Virus record (IMG/VR): IMGVR_UViG_3300045988_151707
Coordinates: 46,036 to 110,035 of that record
DNA from: a virus
DNA length: 64,000 bases
Strand: one strand, 5' to 3'
Positions 54,180 to 63,311 of the stretch are shown here, piece by piece. Made by a program: the position numbers and the translations under genes. Every line of letters starts with the position of its first letter. Within the stretch, counting starts at the first letter, position 1. The notes under the pieces were generated by a model. The model did not search any database. It saw only the letters and a list, made by a program, of their open reading frames with translations, and was not told the DNA's origin.

Positions 54180-54388
54180 AGTATCCAATCAATTTTTTCT
54201 AATTCTTCTTTCTCTTTTGGAGTTAATGAACACAGAAAATCACAATTACTATAGTATTCACCATTTTCTTCCGGATCTGAAAATGCACTTTCAGAAGCAC
54301 TAACTATTTTCTGTATGGCATAATATAATTCTAAACTTATACCAGTTATGCTTACCGTCCCGTTCTTATTAAATCTTGTTCTGCTCAT
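54176..54388 (-). CDS. hypothetical protein (cassette gene)
   Basis: Trimmed to MSRTRFNKNG, whose ATG sits in the conserved AGAATTATG context. Confidence 0.5.
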   Translation of the reverse strand: MSRTRFNKNGTVSITGISLELYYAIQKIVSASESAFSDPEENGEYYSNCDFLCSLTPKEKEELEKIDWIL

Positions 54389-54455
54389 AATTCTTTTTAT
54401 TTTATAGTTACACATCTGTTCCGGACCAGGATGCAAACCTGAATCCGGAAGTAGG
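54389..54455 (-). repeat. intergenic unit U3
   Basis: Plus-strand box GTTACAC at 54407-54413. Stem ttccgga/tccggaa. Confidence 0.65.
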
Positions 54456-54917
54456 TTAGATGCGCATCATGTCAAGACATTGTTTTTCGGTGATACGACC
54501 TTTTGCAAAGCAGTAATGAAGTGCTGTATAAGATATTCGATATAGTTTACGATCATGTTTTATGCAAAACTCTTTTCCGTTTAGCATATCAATAAACTGC
54601 ATGTAATCTGTCATTGTATTGAATAGCTTTTTCAGACAATTCTCTATAGTCATGGACTTTACAATAAGTTTACCTGATGGATTTATTCTATCTGGAACTC
54701 CATTTATTACTATTTCTGTCCCATGTGACTTGAAATCCAGCAAGCAGTCTTGAATGTCATATATCTCGTTTCCATTCCCATGATAATAGAAAGCGAACTG
54801 ATTAAATTTGCTTTGCAGACCCTTTTCTATAATATAATTTGCTATTCTTACAGCTTCACCTTTAAGTATTGTTTCACCATTAGCTACTTTCTCGATTAAA
54901 TTCTTTTCTACTTTCAT
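54456..54917 (-). CDS. hypothetical protein (cassette gene)
   Basis: 153-aa ORF. Confidence 0.6.
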   Translation of the reverse strand: MKVEKNLIEKVANGETILKGEAVRIANYIIEKGLQSKFNQFAFYYHGNGNEIYDIQDCLLDFKSHGTEIVINGVPDRINPSGKLIVKSMTIENCLKKLFNTMTDYMQFIDMLNGKEFCIKHDRKLYRISYTALHYCFAKGRITEKQCLDMMRI

Positions 54918-54981
54918 AATTCCAAAATTTTAGTTAGACAATGGTTCCCGTACCAATCTTTTAAATCGGTACGAAATTTAC
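54918..54981 (-). repeat. intergenic unit U4
   Basis: Box GTTAGAC at 54933-54939. Stem cgtacc/ggtacg. Confidence 0.75.
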
Positions 54982-55281
54982 TTAGCGGACTCTTTTTATT
55001 TCTTGATTATATTTGCTCTGTAGAAAATACAAGTCTTCTTTGTAAAGGGTATTCAGATATTCCAGTATTTTACTTTTACTCCTTACTTTTTTTAGCTTTG
55101 AAATACTACCCATTCCGCTACTGTCAGTCCTTACATCGCCATTTTTAAATATTAAAAGAATACATCCTGTATATCCTTCCCAGTCTGTTATGATTTCTCC
55201 TACCTGGAATTTACCATACTCTTTTACTTCACCTTTATTCGCATAATGACGAAAATAGTGATGCTCAATGTTTATTACCAT
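54982..55281 (-). CDS. hypothetical protein (cassette gene)
   Basis: 99-aa ORF. Confidence 0.55.
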   Translation of the reverse strand: MVINIEHHYFRHYANKGEVKEYGKFQVGEIITDWEGYTGCILLIFKNGDVRTDSSGMGSISKLKKVRSKSKILEYLNTLYKEDLYFLQSKYNQEIKRVR

Positions 55282-55346
55282 AATTCAAATGTTTTAAAAG
55301 TTAGACAATTGATCCCGATGTGCCGACAATAGCACACCGGAATTAA
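55282..55346 (-). repeat. intergenic unit U5
   Basis: Box GTTAGAC at 55300-55306, followed by a stem-loop. Confidence 0.75.
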
Positions 55347-55592
55347 TCAGCTTACTCCTGCCATACTGAGAAATTCTTTCTCTGTAAGAATAAACAGATC
55401 CAACTTATAAGCTTTTTCTAATTTACCGGTATCACGAGTGTATGCGTCATCGCCAACAATCACAAAGTTGACTGCGTTTGATACGTTTTTCTTAAACACA
55501 CCACCAAGGCTCTCTATCATTTTGATGTAATATTTACGACCTTTGGACAAAGTTCCTGTAATAGAGAATGATTTTCCTGCTAATGTTTCCAT
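55347..55592 (-). CDS. stand-alone BRCT-domain protein
   Basis: ..LAGKSFSITGTLSKGRKYYIKMIESLGGVFKKNVSNAVNFVIVGDD..KLEKAYKLDLFILTEKEFLSM parallels the NAD-ligase BRCT pattern. Confidence 0.65.
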   Translation of the reverse strand: METLAGKSFSITGTLSKGRKYYIKMIESLGGVFKKNVSNAVNFVIVGDDAYTRDTGKLEKAYKLDLFILTEKEFLSMAGVS

Positions 55593-55664
55593 AATTCATT
55601 TATTTTAAAAGTTAGACATTGCAGCCGGACTAAGTTTACAGACTTAGACCGGTTTCAATTACTT
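55593..55664 (-). repeat. intergenic unit U6
   Basis: Box GTTAGAC at 55611-55617. Stem ccggactaagt/acttagaccgg. Confidence 0.75.
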
Positions 55665-55925
55665 TTATTTGCAAGCTTTCATCTTTCTAAACTTACCTTC
55701 ATAATCAGCATTTACATGTCCTGATTGATAAAGGGTTATATTCCTACTTCTTCGATACATTTTATATTCTCCCCACCAATATGCGTTATATTTCTTACGC
55801 ATATACTTGAGAAGATTTATAACTTCGTCTGGCTTTTCCATTGAATATTCAAACCATTCTGAAATGCCACCTTTCCCATCATTATTAAATACAACTACTA
55901 ATAGACCTGATTTTTGATTTCTCAT
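55665..55925 (-). CDS. hypothetical protein (cassette gene)
   Basis: 86-aa ORF. Confidence 0.55.
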   Translation of the reverse strand: MRNQKSGLLVVVFNNDGKGGISEWFEYSMEKPDEVINLLKYMRKKYNAYWWGEYKMYRRSRNITLYQSGHVNADYEGKFRKMKACK

Positions 55926-55994
55926 AATTCTTTATTTTAAGTTAGGCAATGTAACCGGATGGAGTATCACTTTCCATCCGGATATTCTGTTAAT
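55926..55994 (-). repeat. intergenic unit U7
   Basis: Box GTTAGGC at 55941-55947. Stem ccggatgga/tccatccgg, loop gtatcac. Confidence 0.75.
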
Positions 55995-56312
55995 TTAAGA
56001 AATCTCTTTTTTTGTCTTACTGGTTAATTTACCAATAGGATGACAAAAGTCTGCCGATAATACAGATAAAACTCCCATATATTCTTTTTTTACTTTTTCT
56101 TTTGATAATAACTTACATACTTTTATTCTGTTTCTAATTGTTTCCAGAAAATAATCTGCTTCTGTTAAAGGAATATATATTTTATAATCATGATTACGCA
56201 GCCATTCAAAATACTTATATTCATCCTTGTAATTCCCTGACTTATCACACCATATTCTTTTTTTAGCTATTATTTCTGATATATGAATTTCTTTTAATTG
56301 ATTTTTACCCAT
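55995..56312 (-). CDS. hypothetical protein (cassette gene)
   Basis: 105-aa ORF. Confidence 0.55.
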   Translation of the reverse strand: MGKNQLKEIHISEIIAKKRIWCDKSGNYKDEYKYFEWLRNHDYKIYIPLTEADYFLETIRNRIKVCKLLSKEKVKKEYMGVLSVLSADFCHPIGKLTSKTKKEIS

Positions 56313-56376
56313 AATTCCATTATTTTTAGTTAGACAATGTAGACAGATAGAGTATTAATCTCCATCCGTCTATGAA
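56313..56376 (-). repeat. intergenic unit U8
   Basis: Box GTTAGAC at 56329-56335, followed by a stem-loop. Confidence 0.75.
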
Positions 56377-56562
56377 TCAAAAGTTATCAGAAATTTTCTT
56401 TTCTACTTTTTTCTTGAATTTTTCTATCATTTCTTCAATCTCATACCGTAGCTCTTCATTTTCCAGATAGGAACAATATGTTCTGCTGTTATCAATAGAC
56501 TGTAAAATGTTTGTTACAGCATATTGATTTTTCTCTGATAAACTAAGTTTCTTTATATTCAT
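56377..56562 (-). CDS. hypothetical protein (cassette gene)
   Basis: 61-aa ORF. Confidence 0.5.
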   Translation of the reverse strand: MNIKKLSLSEKNQYAVTNILQSIDNSRTYCSYLENEELRYEIEEMIEKFKKKVEKKISDNF

Positions 56563-56627
56563 AATTCCAATAATTTTAGTTAGACAATAGCACCGGAGGG
56601 AGCCTCACTCTCCCATCCGGCATGTGA
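56563..56627 (-). repeat. intergenic unit U9
   Basis: Box GTTAGAC at 56579-56585. Stem ccggagggag/ctcccatccgg. Confidence 0.75.
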
Positions 56628-57023
56628 TTAGTCTTTGTTTTCCCGAGCAAAATCTTCAATGCGTTTTATCTCTTCAGGAGTAAGTAGGTGCTTATACTCT
56701 TCTTCGTATTTTACTTCATGTCTAAAGATTCGAGCATATTCTCTGTAGTCTCCATGCTCTTCCATTAATGAATCACAGCATATCCAGCAACCTCCCGGGA
56801 ATACAAAGCATAGTTTTTTAGCTTCAGGGTTTTTATTTATGACTACCAGATCATTATACATTGGGCTTTCAATTTCAAAATCCCAATATCCAAGAAAATC
56901 ACCAAACCAATTTACCTTAATGTTTGTAGTGATTAAATTGTCCTTTATTGAAGTAACCATAAATTTTTTGCGGTCTTTTCTGATATAGCTTTCACCTACT
57001 TTAAAGAAGCAATCTTGTGTCAT
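56628..57023 (-). CDS. hypothetical protein (cassette gene)
   Basis: 131-aa ORF. Confidence 0.6.
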   Translation of the reverse strand: MTQDCFFKVGESYIRKDRKKFMVTSIKDNLITTNIKVNWFGDFLGYWDFEIESPMYNDLVVINKNPEAKKLCFVFPGGCWICCDSLMEEHGDYREYARIFRHEVKYEEEYKHLLTPEEIKRIEDFARENKD

Positions 57024-57088
57024 AATTCCAATATTTAAAAGTTAGACAATAGCAGCCGGAGGAGTATCACTCTCCGTCCGGCATTCGG
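57024..57088 (-). repeat. intergenic unit U10
   Basis: Box GTTAGAC at 57041-57047. Stem gccggaggag/ctccgtccggc, loop tatcac. Confidence 0.75.
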
Positions 57089-57901
57089 TTAACTCATGGG
57101 AATGTAAACGTCTTTTGCATTTGGATTCGGGCGATAGATAGTGAGTGTTTCCCCGTCGTTATGAGCGAAACATCTTACCTTGCTGCCGTTGCTCCTGTCT
57201 TCCAACGGCTTGCATCCTTCAGGTAGTTCTTCAAGCTTCCAGAAATATTTGCTCCTCAGAAACTGATTTGTGTAATACTGACCGGAATCGTCTTTCCTGT
57301 AAGTCAGTCCCACATAACCTGCCCATTCTTTAAAGGCCTTGATAGTATAGAACTCTTTAAATATGTACATGAAATCCTGCATGATTACTACCTTTGAACG
57401 TCGTTCTCTCATGTAGTGAGGACTGTTGAAGTATATTTCATGCATAGGTATTATCTTCATGTCTTTTTGGCGGAACTTTTTCACTTTTATAGTGAAGTAA
57501 ATACCTTGTTGGGCTCCTGCTCCATAACAACCCCAGGTCCAGAATACGCGGTCTTCATATCCAACAAACTCAAAGTTTGAAGAATGAATATGAGTAAATG
57601 CGCCACCTGAAGTTGAGAATGATTTACCGTTTGTCCATGAGCTTCCGCTTTCACATACATACATCAATCCGAATTTATCTACACTCTCAACCAGCGCATG
57701 ATTGTAAAAGCTATTGTAATTTACAAACTCTATCATATCTCCTTTCTGCGGCTGCATAAGTGATTTGTCATAGTGGGTAAAAAACTCTTTTTCCACATCA
57801 TTTGCTATCTGATAGTTGCTGTTCCATTCTTTTTCGGTAGTGTAATATCCGTTACCATTCCAACACATGTTTGACTTTTTAAAATCTTCTAATGTCATCA
57901 T
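57089..57901 (-). CDS. hypothetical protein (cassette gene)
   Basis: 270-aa ORF. Confidence 0.65.
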   Translation of the reverse strand: MMTLEDFKKSNMCWNGNGYYTTEKEWNSNYQIANDVEKEFFTHYDKSLMQPQKGDMIEFVNYNSFYNHALVESVDKFGLMYVCESGSSWTNGKSFSTSGGAFTHIHSSNFEFVGYEDRVFWTWGCYGAGAQQGIYFTIKVKKFRQKDMKIIPMHEIYFNSPHYMRERRSKVVIMQDFMYIFKEFYTIKAFKEWAGYVGLTYRKDDSGQYYTNQFLRSKYFWKLEELPEGCKPLEDRSNGSKVRCFAHNDGETLTIYRPNPNAKDVYIPMS

Positions 57902-57966
57902 AATTCCAATAGTTTAAGTTAGACAATAAGTAAGGCAGTCGGAATCACTTCCGGCTGCCCTCTACA
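57902..57966 (-). repeat. intergenic unit U11
   Basis: Box GTTAGAC at 57918-57924. Stem ggcagtcggaa/ttccggctgcc. Confidence 0.75.
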
Positions 57967-59091
57967 TTACAGATAGAAAGCTTCTCTCAGCTCTGGTTCG
58001 CGTTTCTTTGAGAAAACCCAACCGGCACCGCATTTCAGTTTACCGTTGAATCGTCCGCCAAGCTCCTTGAGCTTCGCTACATAGTCGCGGGTGTTACCGA
58101 TGATAGCCACAGCCTTTTCGCTATAATCTACAATCTGCAAATCAGATTTATTTTCTACGGCTTTTGCTGTAGAACTTACAGGTTTTTCCTCCGGTTTCTG
58201 ATAAAGGTCTATATCACTCAGATAACCTCGTAAACAACTTGAAGCAGAAGTGTACTGGTTAGATTCCACAAACTCTGAATAAGACTTTGGGAGAAACTGA
58301 TTTGTTTCAGTTATTCCGATAGCCTCTGGATGTTTCGCATAGAATTTTTCTTTTGTCTCATTCCAGATTTTATCAGAATAGCTGCGTTCCAAATCCGGCA
58401 TATAACCGATTCCACCATATAAGGAAGTAAACTCGCTTTTGATGTGTTCTTCAATGTCTTCGTATCCGTTAAATGTCGTATCTACAAACTTAGAACAGAT
58501 TTTAGCAACCATCTTTTCGGTCGGACCGTCCGTCCATCTTATGTTGTAGCTTTTTGAACCATTCTTTTTGGAATAGAATTTTACACCTGGGAAAGCACGC
58601 TTCAGAAGCACAAGCATGTTTTGTTTGGCCGTCTTGTCGTCATAGCTATTACACTCAGTCAGTATCGAGCCATACTCTTTTCGGAGCTGATCGGTACGAT
58701 TTTGGCTGGCTATACGTTTGTTTTTCTCCAGACGCTCGTTCCATGCCTGCTGTACTTCGCACTGGTGAACCAGTTTGGCTATTTCCTGCTCGGGCATACG
58801 GTAGTCGGGCTCTTTGTCGTCCCAATAGTAACCAATACCGAACTTCTTTGATAACGGCTGGTCGTCCTGCCCTACTCTCCAGTATGCGAAACGGTGCGGT
58901 CTACCGATTTCTGCCATTTTCTGCCGTCCGTGAATGTCTGGTGCAGAAGTCACGATAAACTTACCGCTTTCGCTTCCTCCATAACCTAAGAACCCATAAA
59001 CGCGCTGGCCTACTTCGAGAACCTTTTTACCGATTTCTACCATCTGAAAACCATTTGACCAATCCATTCTGTACATTTTTCCTGATTCCAT
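57967..59091 (-). CDS. hypothetical protein (largest cassette gene)
   Basis: 374-aa ORF. The C-terminal motif ..DYSEKAVAIIGNTRDYVAKLKELGGRFN..GAGWVFSKK.. is seen in other mobile-element proteins, but I cannot name the family. Confidence 0.65.
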   Translation of the reverse strand: MESGKMYRMDWSNGFQMVEIGKKVLEVGQRVYGFLGYGGSESGKFIVTSAPDIHGRQKMAEIGRPHRFAYWRVGQDDQPLSKKFGIGYYWDDKEPDYRMPEQEIAKLVHQCEVQQAWNERLEKNKRIASQNRTDQLRKEYGSILTECNSYDDKTAKQNMLVLLKRAFPGVKFYSKKNGSKSYNIRWTDGPTEKMVAKICSKFVDTTFNGYEDIEEHIKSEFTSLYGGIGYMPDLERSYSDKIWNETKEKFYAKHPEAIGITETNQFLPKSYSEFVESNQYTSASSCLRGYLSDIDLYQKPEEKPVSSTAKAVENKSDLQIVDYSEKAVAIIGNTRDYVAKLKELGGRFNGKLKCGAGWVFSKKREPELREAFYL

Positions 59092-59154
59092 AATTCTATA
59101 AATTTTAAGTTAGACAATAGGCCCCGGCAGATTCTCAAAAACCTGCCGGAATGT
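59092..59154 (-). repeat. intergenic unit U12
   Basis: Box GTTAGAC at 59109-59115. Stem ccggcag/ctgccgg. Confidence 0.75.
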
Positions 59155-59697
59155 TTAAGCTACACAGAAGTAGAAATCACCCTGATGGCGGTATCCGCTG
59201 GTAAGCAATGTCCTGGAGTATGCTTCGTAGTCGAAATACTGACCAAACTCAGTTTGAAGTTCTTCAGGCCATTTCATTTCCGCCATATAGGTGGCAAACG
59301 CTTCTTCAGAATCAAATTGCCCTGCGTATTTATCTCTGAACTTTTCTACGAGCTCTTCACCGTCTTTGATATAGGAATAATCCACAAAGTACATATCAAG
59401 AAACGTAAAGAATGCTTCTGTCTCTGTGTCATCCATATCTTTTGCACACTGAATGATACCAAATATTCGCGGGTCGATATAGCTTTCGTTTATCATACCA
59501 TCCGGTATGTTTGAGTAGTCCTGATACATAAATTCCGGTTCGTCTTCGTCACTGTGTAAATCTTTACAGGAATCCAGAAATTCTTCCTTAGATTGATAGT
59601 CTGCCAGATTCATCCATTGTCCGAACAATGAACCGCTGTTATATTCCTTGTATGTTCCTACATAAACACGTGCTTTCAACAATTTTGATTTTTCCAT
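59155..59697 (-). CDS. ardA: ArdA-family antirestriction protein
   Basis: ..ARVYVGTYKEYNSGSLFGQWMNLADY..EPEFMYQDY.. and C-terminal ..YFDYEAYSRTLLTSGYRHQGDFYF.. parallel Tn916 ArdA (VYIANLGKYNEGELVGAWF..; YIDYQAYGRDLDLSGTF..). Confidence 0.8.
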   Translation of the reverse strand: MEKSKLLKARVYVGTYKEYNSGSLFGQWMNLADYQSKEEFLDSCKDLHSDEDEPEFMYQDYSNIPDGMINESYIDPRIFGIIQCAKDMDDTETEAFFTFLDMYFVDYSYIKDGEELVEKFRDKYAGQFDSEEAFATYMAEMKWPEELQTEFGQYFDYEAYSRTLLTSGYRHQGDFYFCVA

Positions 59698-59759
59698 AAT
59701 TCCTTTGTTTTTAGTTAGACATGGCAGCCGATACAGTTATAACACCGTATCGGCTAATA
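59698..59759 (-). repeat. intergenic unit U13
   Basis: Box GTTAGAC at 59714-59720. Stem agccgatac/gtatcggct. Confidence 0.75.
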
Positions 59760-60128
59760 CTATGCAGCTTTGTAGCCATCCTCTGTCTCAATTATCACAC
59801 CCTGACTGATTGCATAGCTTACAGCCTGCGATGTAACAATGTTGAAAACATCTGATTCTCTTTTGATGTCATCCATGTACATGTCATTCCAATCTACCTG
59901 AACGTCATCATCTTTCACCCATACGTCAATCCATTCGCCCCACCAACCGTCAGGAAGCTGTACATACACCGCGCAACTGCCCGGACCGTCTATCTCAATT
60001 TTTGTGGCTACGGTTTCATGCTTGCATATTCTTCTTACTATTTTCTTATGATCGGGACGATGATTCATTTGTGAATACATAGCTTTTGTAAGTCTTTCCC
60101 AATCCTGAGCTGTCAATGATTTTGTCAT
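59760..60128 (-). CDS. hypothetical protein (cassette gene)
   Basis: 122-aa ORF. Confidence 0.6.
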   Translation of the reverse strand: MTKSLTAQDWERLTKAMYSQMNHRPDHKKIVRRICKHETVATKIEIDGPGSCAVYVQLPDGWWGEWIDVWVKDDDVQVDWNDMYMDDIKRESDVFNIVTSQAVSYAISQGVIIETEDGYKAA

Positions 60129-60200
60129 AATTCCTTGGTTTTAGTTAGACATAAAAGAAGCCGGAAGCAATGATAAATCGCTTTCGGCTTGCATCTGATT
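60129..60200 (-). repeat. intergenic unit U14
   Basis: Box GTTAGAC at 60144-60150. Stem aagccggaagc/gctttcggctt. Confidence 0.75.
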
Positions 60201-60272
60201 TATAGGTCTTTATTCACCTCAATCTCTTCAATAATATAATTGTCATCGGCATTTTCACGACATTGGGTTTGG

Positions 60273-60428
60273 TTATAGTTTTTCTAAACTCCATATATCA
60301 TCATCAGTAAGCTTTGTCTTACCCTTTATTCTTTTCATCGCTTTTTTACGTGTAGAATAAATTCCTAATAAATCACGGCTTGCATGACTTAGCCATGCAT
60401 CAGCCTGAAAAACTGCAAATACTATCAT
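60273..60428 (-). CDS. small hypothetical protein (51 aa, cassette gene)
   Basis: Read manually: MIVFAVFQADAWLSHASRDLLG.. The ATG lies in the TGAATTATG context and is preceded by unit U15. Confidence 0.45.
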   Translation of the reverse strand: MIVFAVFQADAWLSHASRDLLGIYSTRKKAMKRIKGKTKLTDDDIWSLEKL

Positions 60429-60493
60429 AATTCAATCAATTTTAAGTTAGTAATAAGAAAGCCCATGCAGTTACATACCGCACAGGCTTTTTG
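60429..60493 (-). repeat. intergenic unit U15
   Basis: Box GTTAGTA at 60446-60452, followed by a stem-loop. Confidence 0.7.
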
Positions 60494-60859
60494 TTACGAT
60501 GCTATACGCAAAGGATAGATAGTATATACATACCCCTGTCCTCCTCGATAGGCTATGGAATTGTGTGTGTCAAAATATTGCCATGACTGCATATCCTCCC
60601 AATATTCTTTGTTCAGGCGCTTCTCATAGAATGCAATCAGTATTTTATCTATACACTCTTTGTATTCTTCAAACCAATACCAGATAGTATCGTTATAATG
60701 AAAAAAATATCCTGTTTTGCCGTTTACACGTATCATGTCAGGATCTCCTTCAAACATAGCCAACTCATCAAAATCTTCTTCAGATTCATCCGTCCAGCCC
60801 TCTTTTACACATAAATCGTAAAATTCACCAGGGTTTTCAAGAATGTTTATAGCTCTCAT
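60494..60859 (-). CDS. hypothetical protein (cassette gene)
   Basis: 121-aa ORF. Confidence 0.6.
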   Translation of the reverse strand: MRAINILENPGEFYDLCVKEGWTDESEEDFDELAMFEGDPDMIRVNGKTGYFFHYNDTIWYWFEEYKECIDKILIAFYEKRLNKEYWEDMQSWQYFDTHNSIAYRGGQGYVYTIYPLRIAS

Positions 60860-60923
60860 AATTCAAAAGTTTATAGTTAGACAATAGAGGCCGTACCATA
60901 GTCAAATATGGTACAGCCTTACA
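60860..60923 (-). repeat. intergenic unit U16
   Basis: Box GTTAGAC at 60876-60882. Stem aggccgtaccata/tatggtacagcct. Confidence 0.75.
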
Positions 60924-61520
60924 TCATACAGCTATTGAAGATACGCTATGACATACCTTGCCGTCTTCAAAGAATGTGTACTGATTGCAGTCGCATTCGT
61001 CCTGAGCCTGTTCGTCTGTTATCTCATAGAAATAACTGTAGCCCCATTCCTCATACTTTCCGCAAACATCCAGATACCAGGAAGCTATATTTTCCCTTAC
61101 TTTTTCAACTATAGCGTTTTCCTTGTCGGTATAGGCTTCTTCTTCCAACTCTACATCATTACTGCTTGCATAGCAATAGCGGTGTCCACGTGTGAATACC
61201 ACTTTGTTTATAAGTTTTTCGGCTATACCACGTTGGAATCCTCTAAGGCCGTCCATAGCTATCTTTTTAAGCTCATTGTTCTTTATAAAGTCTGAGAAAT
61301 AAACCTCTCCATAAAGAGAGAATCCGTCACCCTGACAATAATTCAGTCTATATTGCGGAGTCAGCTCGAAGCCATACTGACATCTGAAGTCTTCTTTTAC
61401 GCCAGACGAGAATATATACGGCTCACGTCCTTCCAACAGGAAGTTTTTAGCTTCTTCTTTTGCCTGTTCGCTTAATTCGCTATACTCATACACATTTTTC
61501 TCGATAGTAATTGTCTTCAT
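60924..61520 (-). CDS. hypothetical protein (cassette gene)
   Basis: 198-aa ORF. Confidence 0.65.
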   Translation of the reverse strand: MKTITIEKNVYEYSELSEQAKEEAKNFLLEGREPYIFSSGVKEDFRCQYGFELTPQYRLNYCQGDGFSLYGEVYFSDFIKNNELKKIAMDGLRGFQRGIAEKLINKVVFTRGHRYCYASSNDVELEEEAYTDKENAIVEKVRENIASWYLDVCGKYEEWGYSYFYEITDEQAQDECDCNQYTFFEDGKVCHSVSSIAV

Positions 61521-61584
61521 AATTCCTATAGTTTTAAGTTAGTAATCGTGTCTGGAAGTACCGTAAAGCACCTCCAGCATGTAA
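61521..61584 (-). repeat. intergenic unit U17
   Basis: Box GTTAGTA at 61538-61544, followed by a stem-loop. Confidence 0.7.
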
Positions 61585-61788
61585 TTAATACCCCATAGCG
61601 TCGTAGTACGATTTATTTTTTACGTACTCTTTTGCTATTTCGTAGTCACTGCAATCTTCGCCGAGCTTTGCGCTAATACTTTCGTATGCGCTTTTGGGCA
61701 TAACATAGATAACCTGTTCGCTCCAGTCGGAACGACCGGCGAAATACAAAGCCACGAATAAAAACACGCAGCACAGAATGACTTTCAT
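61585..61788 (-). CDS. small secreted/membrane protein
   Basis: MKVILCCVFLFVALYFAG.. is a signal-like N-terminus. Confidence 0.5.
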   Translation of the reverse strand: MKVILCCVFLFVALYFAGRSDWSEQVIYVMPKSAYESISAKLGEDCSDYEIAKEYVKNKSYYDAMGY

Positions 61789-61861
61789 TTTCTTTTTGAT
61801 AACTCAAACTATTTAAGAAGTTTGCAGGCCGTACACCGGTAAAGGTGAACGGCCTGATAGG

Positions 61862-62062
61862 TCATAGTCTGATAGCATTCTGGCAAGCCATATCTGTAGA
61901 TAGAATATGTAAAGCTTCTATATCCGAAATTTGCTTGTATTTTGCTCCCCGGTCTGAATATTCCATACATACCTTTTTTGCATGATTCAGCATGTTTGTT
62001 ACGCATAGATTCCCTATTTTACCTTTGAATGTAGTATAGGTTATCAAATAAAATTTTTCCAT
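61862..62062 (-). CDS. hypothetical protein
   Basis: 66-aa ORF. The upstream sequence is a degenerate copy of the unit box. Confidence 0.45.
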   Translation of the reverse strand: MEKFYLITYTTFKGKIGNLCVTNMLNHAKKVCMEYSDRGAKYKQISDIEALHILSTDMACQNAIRL

Positions 62063-62771
62063 AATCCAAATTTTACATAGTTATACATACAAGAAGTGCC
62101 ATGCACCCAAAGGCGCATAGCACTACATAGGTAGGGGTTTTCCGTACCACCCCCGAAGCTGGTTATCGGTACGTTGACGCATACCAGCCTATATGCACCA
62201 TGATACACTATTTGCATAGGTTCACGGATACACTTTTCGCATAGACTACCTTTGCAGGCGCACCGCCATACAGACACACGTGTCCGCATGGTACGTTGAT
62301 TCCATAGGCCCGGATAACTCCCAGCCCGTTCCATACATACGCTAAAACAGTATGGATCTTTTCCGGTTAACTACTCCGGCATACACCCAAGATTGAACAG
62401 GGCATAGCACACCCGTACATGAATCCATACGGACACGGTGCACCCTGACTGATCGTTCAACACGTTGCAGGACACACCACACCCATACGGGTACAGTTAT
62501 GCCATAGAATTATGAATTATGATTTTCGCGGCCCTGGATACCTTCAGACTCTTGGCCTGGATGACTATAGGCGCATGGACACACCTATCCGCACAACACA
62601 TAGTAAACCCGTGTTGTGTTTCAAGACGGCCCACAGTGCAGCCTTATGCAGCTGGAGTGTATAGTCCCAAATACTACATATAGATACCCTTTTCGCCGGC
62701 CGTATGATATAGAATATATTTTTGTGGGTGTCCGGGAATCGGACCCGGACGAATACCATACACCCTAGAGA
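62063..62771. other. ORF-free ~0.7-kb CA-rich region (candidate structured RNA or cis-acting site)
   Basis: No plausible ORF on either strand. GC content is visibly higher than in the flanking genes. More than 13 CATAG/CATAC/CATGG motifs. Local hairpins at 62592-62618 and 62730-62750. Confidence 0.5.
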
Positions 62772-63311
62772 TTAAGCCGCGTCTACAATACGTTCTGCAA
62801 TTTGTAGCAACATATCTTCAGAAGCGTCTAAAAATTCTACTTTTAAAGCTTGCAATGTAGCGTTTATCTTAGATTCACGTTTTTCTGCTTTTTTAGTTTC
62901 TATCTTTGCTGCTTTCTCCTTTGCTGCTTTTTCCCGTTTTTCCTTTTCCTGATTTATTTGTAGCAAACTTTCTAAGCTTGCAAAAAAATCGTCTTCATCG
63001 AATCTTATTGGAACGTATTCGAAATATTTTTTCCCTATCTGGACTACTTTTAATTCGTTCCCGTCCAATGTTTCAATATCTGATAATCTTTTTAATTTAC
63101 AGAAAACAGGCAAACCGTCTCCAAGCTCGAAGCTCAACAACATAGAAAGATCAACTTTCTTTATACCGTAAAAATCTAAGTATCTTTTGATTTTTTCCTG
63201 ATCACGGTTTTTGTTTATTGTATTCATAACGCCAAACGGTGATCTATTAAGCTTTTTAGTTTCTTTTTTAGCTTCGCGTCTCAATACTGATTTAGATACA
63301 TTTGTTTTCAT
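62772..63311 (-). CDS. Lys/Glu-rich hypothetical protein
   Basis: 179-aa ORF preceded by unit U18. Confidence 0.6.
   Translation of the reverse strand: MKTNVSKSVLRREAKKETKKLNRSPFGVMNTINKNRDQEKIKRYLDFYGIKKVDLSMLLSFELGDGLPVFCKLKRLSDIETLDGNELKVVQIGKKYFEYVPIRFDEDDFFASLESLLQINQEKEKREKAAKEKAAKIETKKAEKRESKINATLQALKVEFLDASEDMLLQIAERIVDAA

Noticed and set aside
62044-62759. Minus-strand ORFs 62044-62334 and 62565-62759
   Set aside because: Their translations are W/C/R-rich and atypical. They overlap a neighbouring gene start and have no unit or promoter context. The region is treated as non-coding.
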